Assembly: GCA_963733195.1 (NCBI GenBank)
Contig: CAVTCR010000019.1
Location: 1 to 64,000 of the forward strand
DNA length: 64,000 nucleotides
Reading direction: 5' to 3'
Source: an uncultured delta proteobacterium
Lineage (GTDB): Bacteria; Desulfobacterota; Binatia; Bin18
Shown here piece after piece: positions 1 through 12,333 of this stretch. Each line of letters begins with the position of its first letter. Within the stretch, counting starts at the first letter, position 1. The notes beneath the pieces are model-generated. The model had not been told where the DNA came from. It was given only the letters and a program-made list of their open reading frames with translations, and ran no database searches. Made by a program: the position numbers and the translations under genes.

Positions 1-64
1 CAGGGAGGGGGAGAAGGGGAAATGGTGACAGGTATTTTCTCCTTTGTTTCGTTGCCGAATTGTA

Positions 65-1393
65 TTACTGTGTCACTCGTTCCACGCATTCTCGAAATAT
101 CCTATGCCAGTTGGTAATGGTACGAAATTGATGGATATAAGAATCTAGCCCCCACAGCGCACGCACGAGAAACAAGCGGTGACCAGGCGCGTTGAGAATA
201 CGATTCTCTAAGCTAATATTCGTGATTTCCACCGTCTTGCCGACTGAGTCGAAATCATGCGGATCATACGCACGATCTTCCAACACCGGCTCGAAGATGA
301 GGTACATAATCTTCACCAACGGTGCTGGCTCTTCGTTGGGATTGAGATAACCAAGAGTCACAAAACATTCGGCCATCATGTTCTCATCGCGCTCAAGAAT
401 TGCTTTGACAAGATGAAGGTATCCCTTGCGGATTTCTTCGGGAAAAATGCGTACACTACCGAAGTCGAGCATCGCAATTTTCGGATGATAGGTCACCAAA
501 TAGTTCCCTGGGTGTGGGTCAGTGTGTAAAATGCCGAATTCAATAATTTGTCGCCACGTCATCTGGAAGTATTTGACTGCAATCCAGTCTTTGAGCGATT
601 GATCCACTCCTGCAGAGAACATATCTTGGAGCTTATAACCTTCGACATGCTGCATGGTCAGCACACGGCGCGAGGAGAAATCCGGATACACCTGTGGAAT
701 AATGACTTCGTCGTCATCCGCAAACAGTCGCTGAAACAACGCGAGTTTATTAGCTTCATTCACGTAGTCCAATTCTTCCCGCAGGCGTTCTTCCATCTCC
801 TGATAAACCTCGCTGGCATCAAACTTCTGCCGCAGCACATCGCGCGCCATCGTAGTGAACACCTGCAAGAGTGCCTTCAAGTTCTTGAGGTCCTGCTCGA
901 CAGTTTCATCCACGCCAGGATACTGGACTTTGACGACCACGGATTTGCCATTCTTGAGCGTCGCTTTGTGTACTTGCCCAAGCGACGCAGCAGCAAACGC
1001 ATCGCGTTCAAAGTTCTTAAATACTTGTTCAGGATACTTGCCTAATTCACTTTTGATTTGGTCACGAATAAGGTCGTACTCCATCGGCGGAACAGAGGAC
1101 TGGACAACTGAAAGAATGCTGAGTGCCTCGGCCGGGAACATGTCGTCGCGCATGCTGAGCATCTGCACGAGTTTCATGAAAGCACCGCGCAGTTCGCGTG
1201 AGCGTTCGACTATACGGAATGCGTTCTTGAGATGGAGGTCGAACAGTTCTTGATCTTTCGTCGCGGTAGACTGAAAGGGACGTTTCAGTGCATGCCACAC
1301 GTAGCTACTGCCAACCGAGGTGGTCAATGAACCAACCTGCAGTGCACGTTTAGCACGACCTTTAGTGATCCGAGCCTTCGGTTTTTCAGGCAT
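65..1393 (-). CDS. ABC1/AarF/UbiB family atypical kinase
   Basis: AAASLGQVHKA, VVKVQYPG, HTDPHPGN, LDFG motifs; start moved to MPEKPK because the upstream extension is a translated heptamer repeat. Confidence 0.9.
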   Translation of the reverse strand: MPEKPKARITKGRAKRALQVGSLTTSVGSSYVWHALKRPFQSTATKDQELFDLHLKNAFRIVERSRELRGAFMKLVQMLSMRDDMFPAEALSILSVVQSSVPPMEYDLIRDQIKSELGKYPEQVFKNFERDAFAAASLGQVHKATLKNGKSVVVKVQYPGVDETVEQDLKNLKALLQVFTTMARDVLRQKFDASEVYQEMEERLREELDYVNEANKLALFQRLFADDDEVIIPQVYPDFSSRRVLTMQHVEGYKLQDMFSAGVDQSLKDWIAVKYFQMTWRQIIEFGILHTDPHPGNYLVTYHPKIAMLDFGSVRIFPEEIRKGYLHLVKAILERDENMMAECFVTLGYLNPNEEPAPLVKIMYLIFEPVLEDRAYDPHDFDSVGKTVEITNISLENRILNAPGHRLFLVRALWGLDSYIHQFRTITNWHRIFRECVERVTQ

Positions 1394-1402
1394 AGTAGAA
1401 TC

Positions 1403-1485
1403 GCGGAATGCGAATTGTAGATTGCGGATTGGAAGACGAGGCTTGTGCAGATTCCATAGTCCGCAATCAGCATTCCGCAATCTAT
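1403..1485. repeat. heptamer-periodic inverted repeat
   Basis: gcggaat/gcgaatt/gtagatt/gcggatt, then agtccgc/aatcagc/attccgc/aatctat. Confidence 0.8.
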
Positions 1486-2238
1486 AGTCGCTTACGGTTC
1501 ATCAGCGTTGCGGCCGCAGCGGCACCGAAGCCATTATCGATGTTGACAACCGTCACACCGGCTGCACACGAATTGAGCATGGCAAGCAACGCCGCCAAGC
1601 CGTTGAAACTCGCACCGTATCCGATGCTCGTTGGTACGGCGATGACAGGACGATCAACGAGTCCTCCAATGACACTGGGCAAGGCACCTTCCATACCAGC
1701 GATAACGATCACGACCGATGCGGCATCGTAGTTTCTCCACGCTGCCCAGCAACCGATGCAAGCCAGCCACACCAACATCGTATAATCGATCAACCTTGTT
1801 CGCCATGAGTTCAGCCGTGATTACAGCTTCCTCAGCGACCGGGAGGTCAGCCGTACCCGCAGCGACAACGAGAATCGTCCCCTGGTCAACGGGAGGAATA
1901 GGAGGTTCTCCAAGCGCACCAATCCGACCATCTGGATAATAGCGAAGGGCAGGAATCGAGGCTTGCACTTCTTGCGCCTTCTGCTCCTCCAGGCGGGTAA
2001 TCATGGCGTTTTGCCCGTTGGCTGCTATGCGTCGTGCGATCTCGCTAATCTGTCGTGCAGTTTTCCCTTGCCCGAAAATCATTTCAGGAAAGCCTTTACG
2101 GAGTGCACGGTGATGGTCGATGCGAGCAAACCCGAGATCCTCAAACGGCAACGTCTTGAGGGTATTCAGGGCGTGTTCGACATCTACTGTCCCATCTCGC
2201 ACTTGCGTGAGTAATTCGTGAAGCCGCGCGCGGTCCAT
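1482..2238 (-). CDS. larB: nickel pincer cofactor biosynthesis protein LarB (frameshift near 1730)
   Basis: [37 protein letters not shown] in one frame; [28 protein letters not shown] in the next. Confidence 0.9.
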
Positions 2239-2241
2239 AGC

Positions 2242-3223
2242 TCACTCTGTACGAAAGTGGTCGTATCCTGCCTGTGTCGGAGTGTATACACTCCCATCGG
2301 TGGCATGCACGCGGATTCCCTGCGAATGCGTGGTGACCCGACCAATACGGGTAATCGTCGAGTGCGTGGCGTGGGCGATCTCGGCAATCGTGGCACGCTG
2401 TGTCATCGGTGCCGTAAAAAGCAATTCATAATCCTCACCACCAGTAAGTGCAAGATCCCACTCGTGCTCCCCACGCAACGCGCAATAGCTGGGAGACAGG
2501 GGAAGCCGTTCTCCTTCGATCTCTGCGCCAACTTTGCTCGCTTCACAGATGTGGCCAAGATCTTGGAGGAGTCCGTCGCTGACATCGATCATCGCAGTAG
2601 CAAGATGCTGAGTTGCAAGGGATCGACTGATCTCGATGCGACTCGTAGGGCACAGAAAACGCGCTTTTGCTTCTTCAGCATGTGCATCACTTCGCCCTTC
2701 TTGCAGAACTCGTAAGCCCAACGCAGCATCACCCAGCGTACCCGTAACGTACACATCATCGCCAAGCTGGGCTCCAGATCGAGTGATGAGGCCGTGTAGG
2801 GCATGTCCTAGGAGTGTCACGGCGATCATCCAACATGGTGCGGCGCTCATATTGCCGCCGATCAACGCCGTATTACAGCTTCCAGCCCCACGTAGGAACC
2901 CGTCAAAAAATGCATCAAGATCTTCAACCTCAGTGTCTTGTGGTACACTCAGACTCAACAACGCGAATGTTGGTTCTCCGCCCATAGCAGCGATGTCACT
3001 GGCATTGACCGCAAATGCCTTTTCGCCAAGGAGGGAAAGGGTAGTCCACTCACGACGAAAGTGGACGTTCTCTACTAATGTATCGATCGTTAGTAAAGTC
3101 GTGCCAGGAAAAACCAGCGCGGCACAATCGTCACCAATGCCGAGCTGAACACGCGTATCACGCAGGCACACGTTCCTGCAGACGGCGAAGAAAAGGGAAC
3201 TCGCCGAAATCGCGTAGCTTCAT
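2242..3223 (-). CDS. thiL: thiamine-monophosphate kinase (frameshift near 3170)
   Basis: GIGDDCA, NASDIAAMGG, IDVSDGL, GGEDYELLFT; N-terminus MKLRDFGEFPFL in another frame from 3223. Confidence 0.9.
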
Positions 3224-3229
3224 GTGAGA

Positions 3230-4354
3230 TTAGCCAAAGAGTTCTTTCACTTTCTCGAAGAACCCTTTGCTCATCGGATGCACATCGGCTCCGTCCAAGC
3301 GTGCAAATTCTTCTAGTAACTCACGCTGCCGTGCACTGAGCTTTTTGGGTGTTTCGACCAGGACACGAACCAATTGATCGCCGCGTCCGCTGCTCTGGAG
3401 ATCTTGAATACCTTTACCGCGCAGACGAAAAACGTTTCCTGATTGTGTCCCAGCAGGAATTTTCAGTTTGATCTTTCCTTCCAGGGTAGGAACTTCCATC
3501 TCAGTACCAAGTGCTGCGTGCGGAAAGCTAATCGGAATATCACAGATGACAGTCGTGTCTTGTCGCTTGAAGAGTGGATGCTCCCGCACATGAATCAGGA
3601 TGTATAAATCGCCCGGTGCACCACCACCAGGAGCAGCTTCGCCTTCTCCTCGCAGCTTCAGACGTGCCCCATTGTCCACGCCAGCGGGAATCTTTACTTG
3701 TAGTGTGGCCGTCTTTCGTATCGCTCCAGCACCACGGCATGTTTCACAGGGATCGGTGACAACGGACCCTTGTCCTCCACACTGATTACAGGTACGTGCG
3801 ACAGTGAAAAACCCCTGTTGGAAGCGGACTTGGCCACTACCACGACACATGCCGCAGGTTTTTGGCGTTGTTCCTGGTTTCGCGCCTTTGCCTTGGCAGG
3901 TTTCACAAATCGCAGCGCGCGGTACCGAGATGGTTTTCTCCGCACCAAACGCTGCCTCCTCAAAGGAGATCTCCATGCTGTAACTGAGATCTTCGCCACG
4001 TCGGGCACGTCGCCGTCCACCACGGGCCCCCCCACCAAAGATGTCGCCAAAAATATCACCAAAGAGGTCTTCAAAGTTTCCCGAAAAATCAAATCCTCCT
4101 TGAAAGCCGCCCGGCCCACCACCTTGCTCGAAAGCCGCATGCCCGAAGCGGTCGTACCGTGCCCGCTTCTCCTGGTCAGAAAGGACTTGATAGGCCTCAG
4201 ACAGTTCTTTGAATTTCTCTTCTGCTTTTTTGTCTCCCGGATTACGATCAGGGTGATGACGCATCGCGGCCTTGCGATACGCCTTTTTCAGTTCGTCGTC
4301 GCCCACATTCCGGTTTACACCCAGCAGTTCGTAGTAATCGGCTTTGTTTGCCAT
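3230..4354 (-). CDS. dnaJ: chaperone DnaJ
   Basis: J domain with HPD, G/F-rich region, four CxxCxGxG repeats. Confidence 0.97.
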   Translation of the reverse strand: MANKADYYELLGVNRNVGDDELKKAYRKAAMRHHPDRNPGDKKAEEKFKELSEAYQVLSDQEKRARYDRFGHAAFEQGGGPGGFQGGFDFSGNFEDLFGDIFGDIFGGGARGGRRRARRGEDLSYSMEISFEEAAFGAEKTISVPRAAICETCQGKGAKPGTTPKTCGMCRGSGQVRFQQGFFTVARTCNQCGGQGSVVTDPCETCRGAGAIRKTATLQVKIPAGVDNGARLKLRGEGEAAPGGGAPGDLYILIHVREHPLFKRQDTTVICDIPISFPHAALGTEMEVPTLEGKIKLKIPAGTQSGNVFRLRGKGIQDLQSSGRGDQLVRVLVETPKKLSARQRELLEEFARLDGADVHPMSKGFFEKVKELFG

Positions 4355-4377
4355 ATCCCGCGCTCATTTCCCCTATA

Positions 4378-4419
4378 ACAAAAAAACCCCCACTCTTCCA
4401 ATGTAAGAAAAGTGGGGGT
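4378..4419 (-). terminator. intrinsic terminator after dnaK
   Basis: acccccact...agtgggggt stem followed by a T-run on the minus strand. Confidence 0.65.
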
Positions 4420-4451
4420 AGAGAGACGGGTCTGTCAATGCATCCTTCCGG

Positions 4452-6375
4452 TTACTTCACCTCTTCGAAGTCAGCATCAACTACATTCTCTTTGTCTTGC
4501 GGTTTGCTATTGCCACCAGCAGCCCCTGCTTGCCCATCACCATCAGCTCCCGCCGCTTGCTGTTCTTTCGCCACTCGTGCATACATCGCTTCAGCAAGTT
4601 TATGCGACGCTTGGGTCAACTCTTCTTGTGCCGCTTTGATCGCCTCTACGTCGTCACCTTCCATCGCTTTTTTGGCTTTTTCCAATGCTGCGTCAATAGT
4701 GCTCGCGGCAGCTTCATCTACCTCACTGCGATGGTCTTTGAGTGACTTTTCGGTTGAGTAGATAAGGGTATCAAGATGGTTACGCGCTTCGATGCGCTCT
4801 TTTTTCTTCTTGTCCTCTTCCGCATGCGCCTCGGCATCTTTCACCATATTCTTGATCTCACTCTCAGAGAGACCACTCGACGCGGTGATGCGGATCGACT
4901 GTTCTTTCCCTGTTCCAAGATCTTTGGCATTCACGTGTACGATACCATTAGCATCGATATCGAACGTTACCTCAACCTGTGGAACGCCACGCGCAGCAGG
5001 CGGAATACCAACAAGGTCAAACTGACCTAATAGTTTGTTATCTGCCGCCATGTCACGCTCACCTTGGAAGACTCGGATCGTCACTGCGGTTTGATTATCC
5101 GCTGCGGTCGAAAATACCTGGCTCTTTTTTGTCGGAATGGTAGTGTTACGGTCAATGAGCCGGGTAAATACTCCGCCAAGCGTTTCGATCCCAAGGGAAA
5201 GTGGCGTCACATCCAACAAGAGAACGTCTTTCGACTTCTCCTTTGAGGACTGCGCCTTGGATCGCGGCGCCAATTGCCACCACTTCGTCGGGATTCACTC
5301 CTTTGTGCGGTTCTTTGCCAAAGATCTTGCGCACGCGCTCTTGTACTGCCGGCATGCGGATCATGCCACCGACCAGAACGACTTCGTCGATCTGGCGGGT
5401 TGATAAGCCAGAATCCTTTAACGCTGCCAAGCACGGCGCTTCAAGCCGATCAAGCAGGTCGGAACAGAGCGCTTCGAGCTTTGCTCGAGTGAGTTTCATC
5501 GTGAGATGCTTCGGACCACTCTGGTCAGCAGTAATAAATGGGAGATTGACTTCGGTTTCCATGGATGACGACAGCTCAATCTTCGCCTTCTCTGCTGCTT
5601 CTTTGAGACGCTGCAGAGCCATCCGATCTTTGCGCAGATCAACCCCTTGGTCTTTCTTAAATTCATCGGCGAGATAATCGATGATCCGCTGATCAAAATC
5701 ATCACCACCCAGGAAAGTATCACCGTTGGTGGATTTGACTTCAAACACTCCGTCGCCGACTTCGAGAATGGAGACATCGAACGTGCCACCACCAAGATCA
5801 AAGACCGCAATCTTTTCGTCCTTCTTCTTATCTAGTCCATATGCAAGCGAGGCGGCGGTCGGTTCGTTGATGATGCGTAGAACATTGAGTCCGGCGATGC
5901 GTCCAGCATCTTTCGTCGCTTGCCGCTGCGAGTCGTTAAAGTAGGCAGGAACAGTAATGACGGCATCGGTCACCGTTTCACCCAAGTAATCTTCTGCGGT
6001 TTGCTTCATTTTCTGTAAAATAAACGCAGAAACTTCTGGCGAACTATATTTTTTCCCGCGGCTCTCTACCCACGCGTCACCATTATCAGCCTTAACCACT
6101 TTGTAGGGAAGAATCTTGGTCGCCTTCACAACCTGAGCATCCTCAAAGCGGCGACCAATCAATCGCTTAATTGAAAAAATCGTATTTTCTGGATTCGTTA
6201 CCGCCTGACGACGAGCAATCTGACCAACCAACCGCTCCCCACTGTCGGTAAACGCGACCACCGAAGGTGTAATGCGACTACCTTCAGAGTTGGTGATGAC
6301 TTTGGGATCGCCCCCTTCCATAATTGCTACCACCGAATTCGTCGTCCCCAGGTCAATACCAATAACTTTTGCCAT
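4452..6375 (-). CDS. dnaK: chaperone DnaK (frameshift near 5235)
   Basis: [29 protein letters not shown]-terminal VVDADFEEV. Confidence 0.97.
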
Positions 6376-6456
6376 ATACATGCTCCTTACGAAAACCGTC
6401 GACCTTATCGGCCCTTACACAGGATCTGTAATCATCCCTTCATCGCTGTGCAACCT

Positions 6457-7063
6457 TTAAGCGTCAGATTTTTTCTCTTCGGTTGGCGCTTTAGCAACAG
6501 TTACCAATGCAGGTCGTAGTAAACGGTCGTGCAGCATATACGCCGGAGTGTATTCATCAACTACAGTATTCGATGCCACTTCCGTACTGTCGACTTGCGC
6601 CATAGCTTCGTGCTTAGTTGGATCAAAGGGTTGCCCTTTGGCGCTCACTCGGCTCACTCCATGCTTTTCGAGCGTCTCAAGAAACGCGCGCGCCACCAGT
6701 GTTACCCCATCCACAAGCGATTGCCCCCCACTTCCACCTTGCGCATGGGCAAGTGCTCGTTCTAGATTATCAAGCACCGGGAGGATGTCGCGAACAAGAG
6801 GTTCATTGGCAAAACGTAAAGCTTCGGATTTATCCCGTTGCATGCGCCGCTTAAAGTTCTCGTTTTCCGCTCGTTCACGCAGAAAGAGATCGTAATTCGC
6901 CTTTGCCTCCCTGAGATTTTTCCTCGACTTGCAGGCGGAGTGCGGCTAGTTCGTCGACCGCTGACTCTGTTTGCGGGTTTTCCTCTGTAGGCTCTTGCGA
7001 CACAGATGGATCGGGCTGTCCTTCCGTAGATGCCAGTCCGTTTTCCTGTTCTGATGTACTCAT
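6457..7063 (-). CDS. grpE: nucleotide exchange factor GrpE (frameshift near 6910)
   Basis: LPVLDNLERAL, FDPTKHEA, DRLLRPALV; directly upstream of dnaK. Confidence 0.93.
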
Positions 7064-7131
7064 GTAATGACCCCCTGCCCTTGTGAAAAGATCGGTCTCT
7101 CGTATTCTATCTATAGAGACGCTGTCCTCAA

Positions 7132-7160
7132 AATCTAAGAACCACCTGCTTGAGTGTCAA
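7132..7160 (-). promoter_or_regulatory. sigma70-type promoter for grpE-dnaK-dnaJ
   Basis: TTGACA-17 nt-TAGATT on the minus strand. Confidence 0.5.
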
Positions 7161-7176
7161 GATAAAAATTATACGT

Positions 7177-7992
7177 ATGGTTGAAGAACGAACGCCAGCA
7201 ATTGTTCTGCGAGGACGGGCTCATGGTGAGTCCGACAAAATTGTCACTTTTCTCACACGAAATTGGGGCAAAGTGACAGGAATCGCAAAAGGAGCGAAAC
7301 GTTCCCAACGACGATTTGTCAATGTACTCGAACCCTTTACCCATGTGCAGCTACGATTTCGACCCGTCCGTGCCGACGAACTTGCCTTCATCTTTGGCTG
7401 CGACTTGCTGCGAAGTTTCCGCGCCCCAAGCCGTGACCTGCAACGCTACGGATTTGCAAGCTATCTCACGGAACTCATTGATGTGATGGTCGCTGGACGG
7501 GAGTCTGGGCCGGAACTCTACGAGTTGTTGCTCCAGGGTTTGACCATACTTGAAGAGTATACGAAACTACCGTCGTTGTTTCTCTCGGCCTTCGAGTTGT
7601 TGCTCCTCGTGCATACTGGCTATGCCCCAAATATCGCAGGCTGCCAGCGGTGCGGACTTCCTATCCCTATCCCTCATTTACCCACAGTAGCAGACCCGTC
7701 TGTCATGTTCTCCCCGAGCCTCGGCGGGTTGCTGTGCTTACGCTGTCGCGATAAAGGAGGAGCAACCGTTCGCCTCTCACCTGAAACTCTTCGTCTCTTA
7801 GAGAACCCGCAATCCACGCGACCTGGCACGCTCTTGTTCTCCCATGCGGCACCACAAACGTGTCGAGAGCTACGAGCAATAGTCACCGGACTACTCATGC
7901 GTCACCTGACGCGGCCACTGAAGTCTCGAGCATTCCTCGAACAAGCTGGACTCCTTACAGATTCTCTCGTTGACGACCCTGTAGGGGAATGA
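7177..7992 (+). CDS. recO: DNA repair protein RecO
   Basis: GESDKIVTFLT, AKGAKRS, LEPF, C4 zinc motif. Confidence 0.93.
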   Translation: MVEERTPAIVLRGRAHGESDKIVTFLTRNWGKVTGIAKGAKRSQRRFVNVLEPFTHVQLRFRPVRADELAFIFGCDLLRSFRAPSRDLQRYGFASYLTELIDVMVAGRESGPELYELLLQGLTILEEYTKLPSLFLSAFELLLLVHTGYAPNIAGCQRCGLPIPIPHLPTVADPSVMFSPSLGGLLCLRCRDKGGATVRLSPETLRLLENPQSTRPGTLLFSHAAPQTCRELRAIVTGLLMRHLTRPLKSRAFLEQAGLLTDSLVDDPVGE

Positions 7993-8007
7993 TACGGCTC
8001 CACACCT

Positions 8008-9321
8008 ATGACAGTGACAATGGACAAGATCGTCAACCTGTGTAAACGGCGCGGATTTGTCTTTCCTTCCAGTGAAATTTACGGCGGCTTTGCCAGCACC
8101 TGGGACTACGGACCGCTAGGGGTTGAACTCAAGAGGAACATCCGTGAAGCGTGGTGGCGTTACATGGTGACCTCGCGTGAAAACATCGTCGGCATCGAGA
8201 GTGCCATTCTCATGCACCCCCGCGTGTGGGAAGCCTCAGGACACATCGCAGGCTTCTCAGATCCGTTGGTCGACTGTCGTAACTGCAAGCGTCGCTTTCG
8301 TGCGGACCATATTCCTGCCAAAGCCGACCGCCAATGCCCTAAAGGCATGGAATGCGATCTCACCGAAGCACGTCAATTCAATCTGATGTTCAAGACTTTT
8401 GTCGGACCGGTGGAAGAAGACGCAGCGGTAGCATTTCTGCGACCAGAAACGGCGCAAGGGATATTCGTTAATTTCCTAAACGTCCAGCAAGCGAGCCGGC
8501 TGAAGCCGCCATTTGGCATCGCACAAATTGGTAAATCGTTCCGCAATGAAATTACACCAGGGAATTTCATCTTCCGCACCCGTGAATTTGAGCAGATGGA
8601 AATGGAGTTCTTCGTCAAACCCGGTACAGAGGATGAATGGTTCGACTATTGGCGTGAACAGCGCATGCGGTGGTACACTGATTGGCTCGGCGTCAAGTCC
8701 GCAAACCTTCGCCTCTATGATCATCCTCAGGAGGATTTAGCACACTACTCGAAGGCGACGACGGACATCGAATACCAGTATCCATTTGGTTGGGGAGAAC
8801 TAGAAGGTGTCGCCAGTCGTACCGATTTCGATCTTAGACAACATGCCGAATCTAGCGGCAAAGATCTCACGTTTTTTGACGAAGAGACGCGAGAACGGTA
8901 CAAACCGTATGTGATTGAACCTGCGGCCGGCGTCGATCGTATTTTGCTCGTCACACTCCTCGACGCCTACGACGAGGACGTACAAGACAACGAGCCGCGG
9001 ATTGTGCTGCGCCTTAAGCCAAGACTAGCACCAATCAAGGTTGGTATTTTTCCCCTCCTCCGTAAAGATGGACATCCGGAGAAAGCTCAGGAAATTCGCG
9101 ATCTGCTCAAGCAACGCTTCGCAGTCTTTTATGATCAAGCTGGGTCTATTGGTCGCCGCTATCGGCGCCAGGATGAAGTTGGCACACCGTTTTGTTTGAC
9201 AATTGACCATCAAACGATGCAAGACAACACTGTAACACTGCGTGATCGGGATTCACTCGAACAGATCCGTCTTCCTATCGATCGTTTGATTCCCGAGCTT
9301 GTGACCCGAATCGAGTTATAG
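8008..9321 (+). CDS. glyS: glycine--tRNA ligase, alpha2 type
   Basis: [37 protein letters not shown] anticodon domain. Confidence 0.95.
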   Translation: MTVTMDKIVNLCKRRGFVFPSSEIYGGFASTWDYGPLGVELKRNIREAWWRYMVTSRENIVGIESAILMHPRVWEASGHIAGFSDPLVDCRNCKRRFRADHIPAKADRQCPKGMECDLTEARQFNLMFKTFVGPVEEDAAVAFLRPETAQGIFVNFLNVQQASRLKPPFGIAQIGKSFRNEITPGNFIFRTREFEQMEMEFFVKPGTEDEWFDYWREQRMRWYTDWLGVKSANLRLYDHPQEDLAHYSKATTDIEYQYPFGWGELEGVASRTDFDLRQHAESSGKDLTFFDEETRERYKPYVIEPAAGVDRILLVTLLDAYDEDVQDNEPRIVLRLKPRLAPIKVGIFPLLRKDGHPEKAQEIRDLLKQRFAVFYDQAGSIGRRYRRQDEVGTPFCLTIDHQTMQDNTVTLRDRDSLEQIRLPIDRLIPELVTRIEL

Positions 9322-9434
9322 ACTCACGCGCTGGAACTTCTCCTCAATAGTTTTCTAGATGATACAAGGGCAACAGCAAAAGTTGCCTTCCTAAATCAGA
9401 GAATATTGACAACCGAAACTCTTAAGGTGGATAT

Positions 9435-12266
9435 ATGGCAGAACAAACAGTGAACGGACAGGCACGAAGAGCTCGTAAGGCACGATACGTCTATTCATTT
9501 GGCGGTGGTAAAGCCGACGGCAACACTAGTATGAACTGGCTGCTCGGCGGCAAAGGCGCAAATCTCGCCGAAATGGCAGGACTCGGACTCCCTGTTCCTC
9601 CAGGAATGACGATTAGTACAGAAGTCTGTACCTATTATTATGCCAACGGTCGCAACTATCCAGATGAATTAAAACAGCAAGTGCAGAAAGGACTATCGCG
9701 CATCGAAAAGATTATGCGTCGGCGTTTCGGTGATGCGAAGAACCCCTTACTGTTGTCAGTTCGCTCTGGTGCACGTGTGTCCATGCCTGGCATGATGGAC
9801 ACGGTGTTGAACCTCGGGCTGAATGACGACACCGTTGAAGGGCTCATTAAGCAGTCGGGCAACCCACGTTTCGCCTATGACTGCTACCGTCGTTTCGTGC
9901 AGATGTACGGCGATGTGGTGCTTGGTCTCAAACCAGAGTCCAAAACTGAACGCGATCCATTTGAAAAGATCCTTGAGGAGAAGAAAGCCGCAAAGGGTAT
10001 CGAACTCGATACGCAACTGAGTGTCGATGATCTACGTGAGTTAGTCGCTGAGTTCAAAGCAACCATTTACGATCGTCTCCACATCAAATTCCCTGACAAT
10101 CCCCAAGAGCAATTATGGGGCGCGATTGGTGCAGTATTTGGTTCGTGGAATAACCCACGCGCCATTACTTACCGCAAGATCGAGAATATCCCAGACGCAT
10201 GGGGAACTGCAGTGACGGTTCAGGCCATGGTCTTTGGCAATCTCGGAGAGGACTGCTCCACTGGAGTTGCTTTTACCCGAGATCTCTCAACCGGTGAGAA
10301 TGCCCTCAATGGCGACTTCCTGATTAACGCCCAAGGAGAAGACGTGGTTGCTGGTATCCGCACGCCACAGCAAATTACTCTGCATGCGTCACGTGAACGC
10401 GCGTCGCGTGAAGGGCGTTCAGATGACGAACGAGCACAATTGTATCCCTCTCTGGAAGAACGCATGCCAGAGAGTTTCGCCACCTTGCAGCAGATCGCGA
10501 ACACGCTAGAAACGCATTACAAAGACGCGCAGGATATTGAGTTTACGGTCCAAGGCGGTCAGTTGTGGATGCTACAAACCCGAGCAGGCAAGCGCACTAC
10601 CGCCGCCGCCATGAAAATTGCGGTTGATATGGTTCACGCTGGCATCATTGACGAACGGACTGCCGTCTTACGGGTTGCACCCTCACAACTTGATCAACTG
10701 CTTCATCCGACACTCGACCCCAATGCTCCGAAGGAACGAATCGCCCGTGGTTTACCAGCCTCCCCAGGTGCAGTCACTGGCAAGGTCGTCTTTTCCGCCG
10801 AAGACGCAGAGGCTGCAGCTAATGATGGACAGAAAGTGATCTTGGTACGGATTGAAACCTCACCAGATGACATCAACGGCATGCACGCAGCACAAGGAAT
10901 TCTTACCGCCCGTGGTGGCGCGAGTTCGCACGCTGCACTCGTCAGCCGTGGTATGGGGAAATGTGCCGTGGTTGGGTGTGAAGCCTTAGAAGTTGATTAT
11001 GATCGCCAACAGTTTGGTGTTCGCGGCTCGACTACCATCATTCGCGCCGGGGAATGGATCACGCTTGAAGGTTCAACCGGAGAAGTCTTTCGCGGTCAAG
11101 TGCCAACACGTGATCCTAACCCAGACACACCTGAGTTTAAGGAGTTTATGGGCTGGGCAGACCGATTCCGCCGCTTACGTGTACGGGCCAACGCTGACAC
11201 GCCGCATGATGCACAGGTGGCCCGTGCCTTTGGAGCAGAAGGGATTGGTCTCTGCCGCACCGAGCATATGTTCTTTGAGGGTGATCGCATCGATGCCGTC
11301 CGCGAGATGATCCTGGCAGACGACACTGCTGGGCGCATACGCGCATTGGAAAAGATTCTCCCAATGCAGAAAGGTGACTTTGTCGGCATTCTGCGAGCGA
11401 TGGCCGGACTTCCAGTAACGATTCGTTTGCTTGATCCGCCACTCCACGAATTTCTTCCTCACACTGAAGAGGAAATTCACGATCTTGCCGCTAAACTTGG
11501 CGTCTCAGCCGATCGTCTGCGTGCGAAGCGTAATGCGTTGCATGAAGCCAACCCGATGCTAGGCCATCGCGGATGTCGCCTCGGTGTCACTTTCCCTGAA
11601 ATTTATGAAGTCCAAGCGCGCGCCATCATGGAAGCCGCATGTGACCTCAGTCGTCAAGGCTTGCAGGTTATCCCAGAGATTATGGTGCCACTGGTTGGCT
11701 TCAAGCGCGAATTAGAGATGTTACGCGAACGGATCGTCCATGTGTGTACAGAAGTCGCACAGGCACGTGGTATAACCGTGCCGTTTACCGTCGGAACGAT
11801 GATCGAAGTGCCACGTGCGGCTGTAGTCGCAGATACTATCGCCGAAACTGCCGAGTTCTTTTCGTTTGGCACCAATGACCTCACGCAGATGACACTCGGA
11901 GTGAGCCGTGATGACGCGGGCAAATTCCTTCCTGCCTACCTCACCCAAGGAATCTTCGCGCAAGACCCGTTTGTCTCACTGGATCAGAGCGGCGTTGGTC
12001 AGCTTATCGACCTCGCCGTCCACAAGGGACGAGCAGTACGAACAAACCTGAAGATTGGCATTTGTGGAGAGCATGGTGGCGATCCAGCGTCCGTTGATTT
12101 CTGCCACCGCACTGGATTGGATTACGTCTCTTGTTCACCTTATCGCGTGCCAATTGCACGACTTGCAGCAGCTCATGCTGCGTTGCGATCACCACAAGCG
12201 GTGAAAAAGCCGCGGGCACCTCGGAGGAAGAGGACTGAAAGCGCTGTCACAACAGCTTCCGCATGA
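9435..12266 (+). CDS. ppdK: pyruvate phosphate dikinase
   Basis: LGGKGANLAEM, SVRSGA, SHAA phospho-His, GIGLCRTEHMF, GICGEHGG. Confidence 0.97.
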   Translation: MAEQTVNGQARRARKARYVYSFGGGKADGNTSMNWLLGGKGANLAEMAGLGLPVPPGMTISTEVCTYYYANGRNYPDELKQQVQKGLSRIEKIMRRRFGDAKNPLLLSVRSGARVSMPGMMDTVLNLGLNDDTVEGLIKQSGNPRFAYDCYRRFVQMYGDVVLGLKPESKTERDPFEKILEEKKAAKGIELDTQLSVDDLRELVAEFKATIYDRLHIKFPDNPQEQLWGAIGAVFGSWNNPRAITYRKIENIPDAWGTAVTVQAMVFGNLGEDCSTGVAFTRDLSTGENALNGDFLINAQGEDVVAGIRTPQQITLHASRERASREGRSDDERAQLYPSLEERMPESFATLQQIANTLETHYKDAQDIEFTVQGGQLWMLQTRAGKRTTAAAMKIAVDMVHAGIIDERTAVLRVAPSQLDQLLHPTLDPNAPKERIARGLPASPGAVTGKVVFSAEDAEAAANDGQKVILVRIETSPDDINGMHAAQGILTARGGASSHAALVSRGMGKCAVVGCEALEVDYDRQQFGVRGSTTIIRAGEWITLEGSTGEVFRGQVPTRDPNPDTPEFKEFMGWADRFRRLRVRANADTPHDAQVARAFGAEGIGLCRTEHMFFEGDRIDAVREMILADDTAGRIRALEKILPMQKGDFVGILRAMAGLPVTIRLLDPPLHEFLPHTEEEIHDLAAKLGVSADRLRAKRNALHEANPMLGHRGCRLGVTFPEIYEVQARAIMEAACDLSRQGLQVIPEIMVPLVGFKRELEMLRERIVHVCTEVAQARGITVPFTVGTMIEVPRAAVVADTIAETAEFFSFGTNDLTQMTLGVSRDDAGKFLPAYLTQGIFAQDPFVSLDQSGVGQLIDLAVHKGRAVRTNLKIGICGEHGGDPASVDFCHRTGLDYVSCSPYRVPIARLAAAHAALRSPQAVKKPRAPRRKRTESAVTTASA

Positions 12267-12333
12267 AGTCAGAGCAAAGGGACCTCACAGGCCCAATTGG
12301 TTATTTACCTTTTACACTGCCAGGCGATAGGTT

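Noticed and set aside
1394-1480. N-terminal extension MRNADCGLWN.. on the ABC1 kinase
   Set aside because: Translation of an intergenic heptamer palindrome
1482-7063. Frameshifts in larB, thiL, dnaK and grpE as pseudogenes or programmed frameshifts
   Set aside because: Single-base indels occur across essential and accessory genes and cluster near the window ends; sequencing error is far more likely
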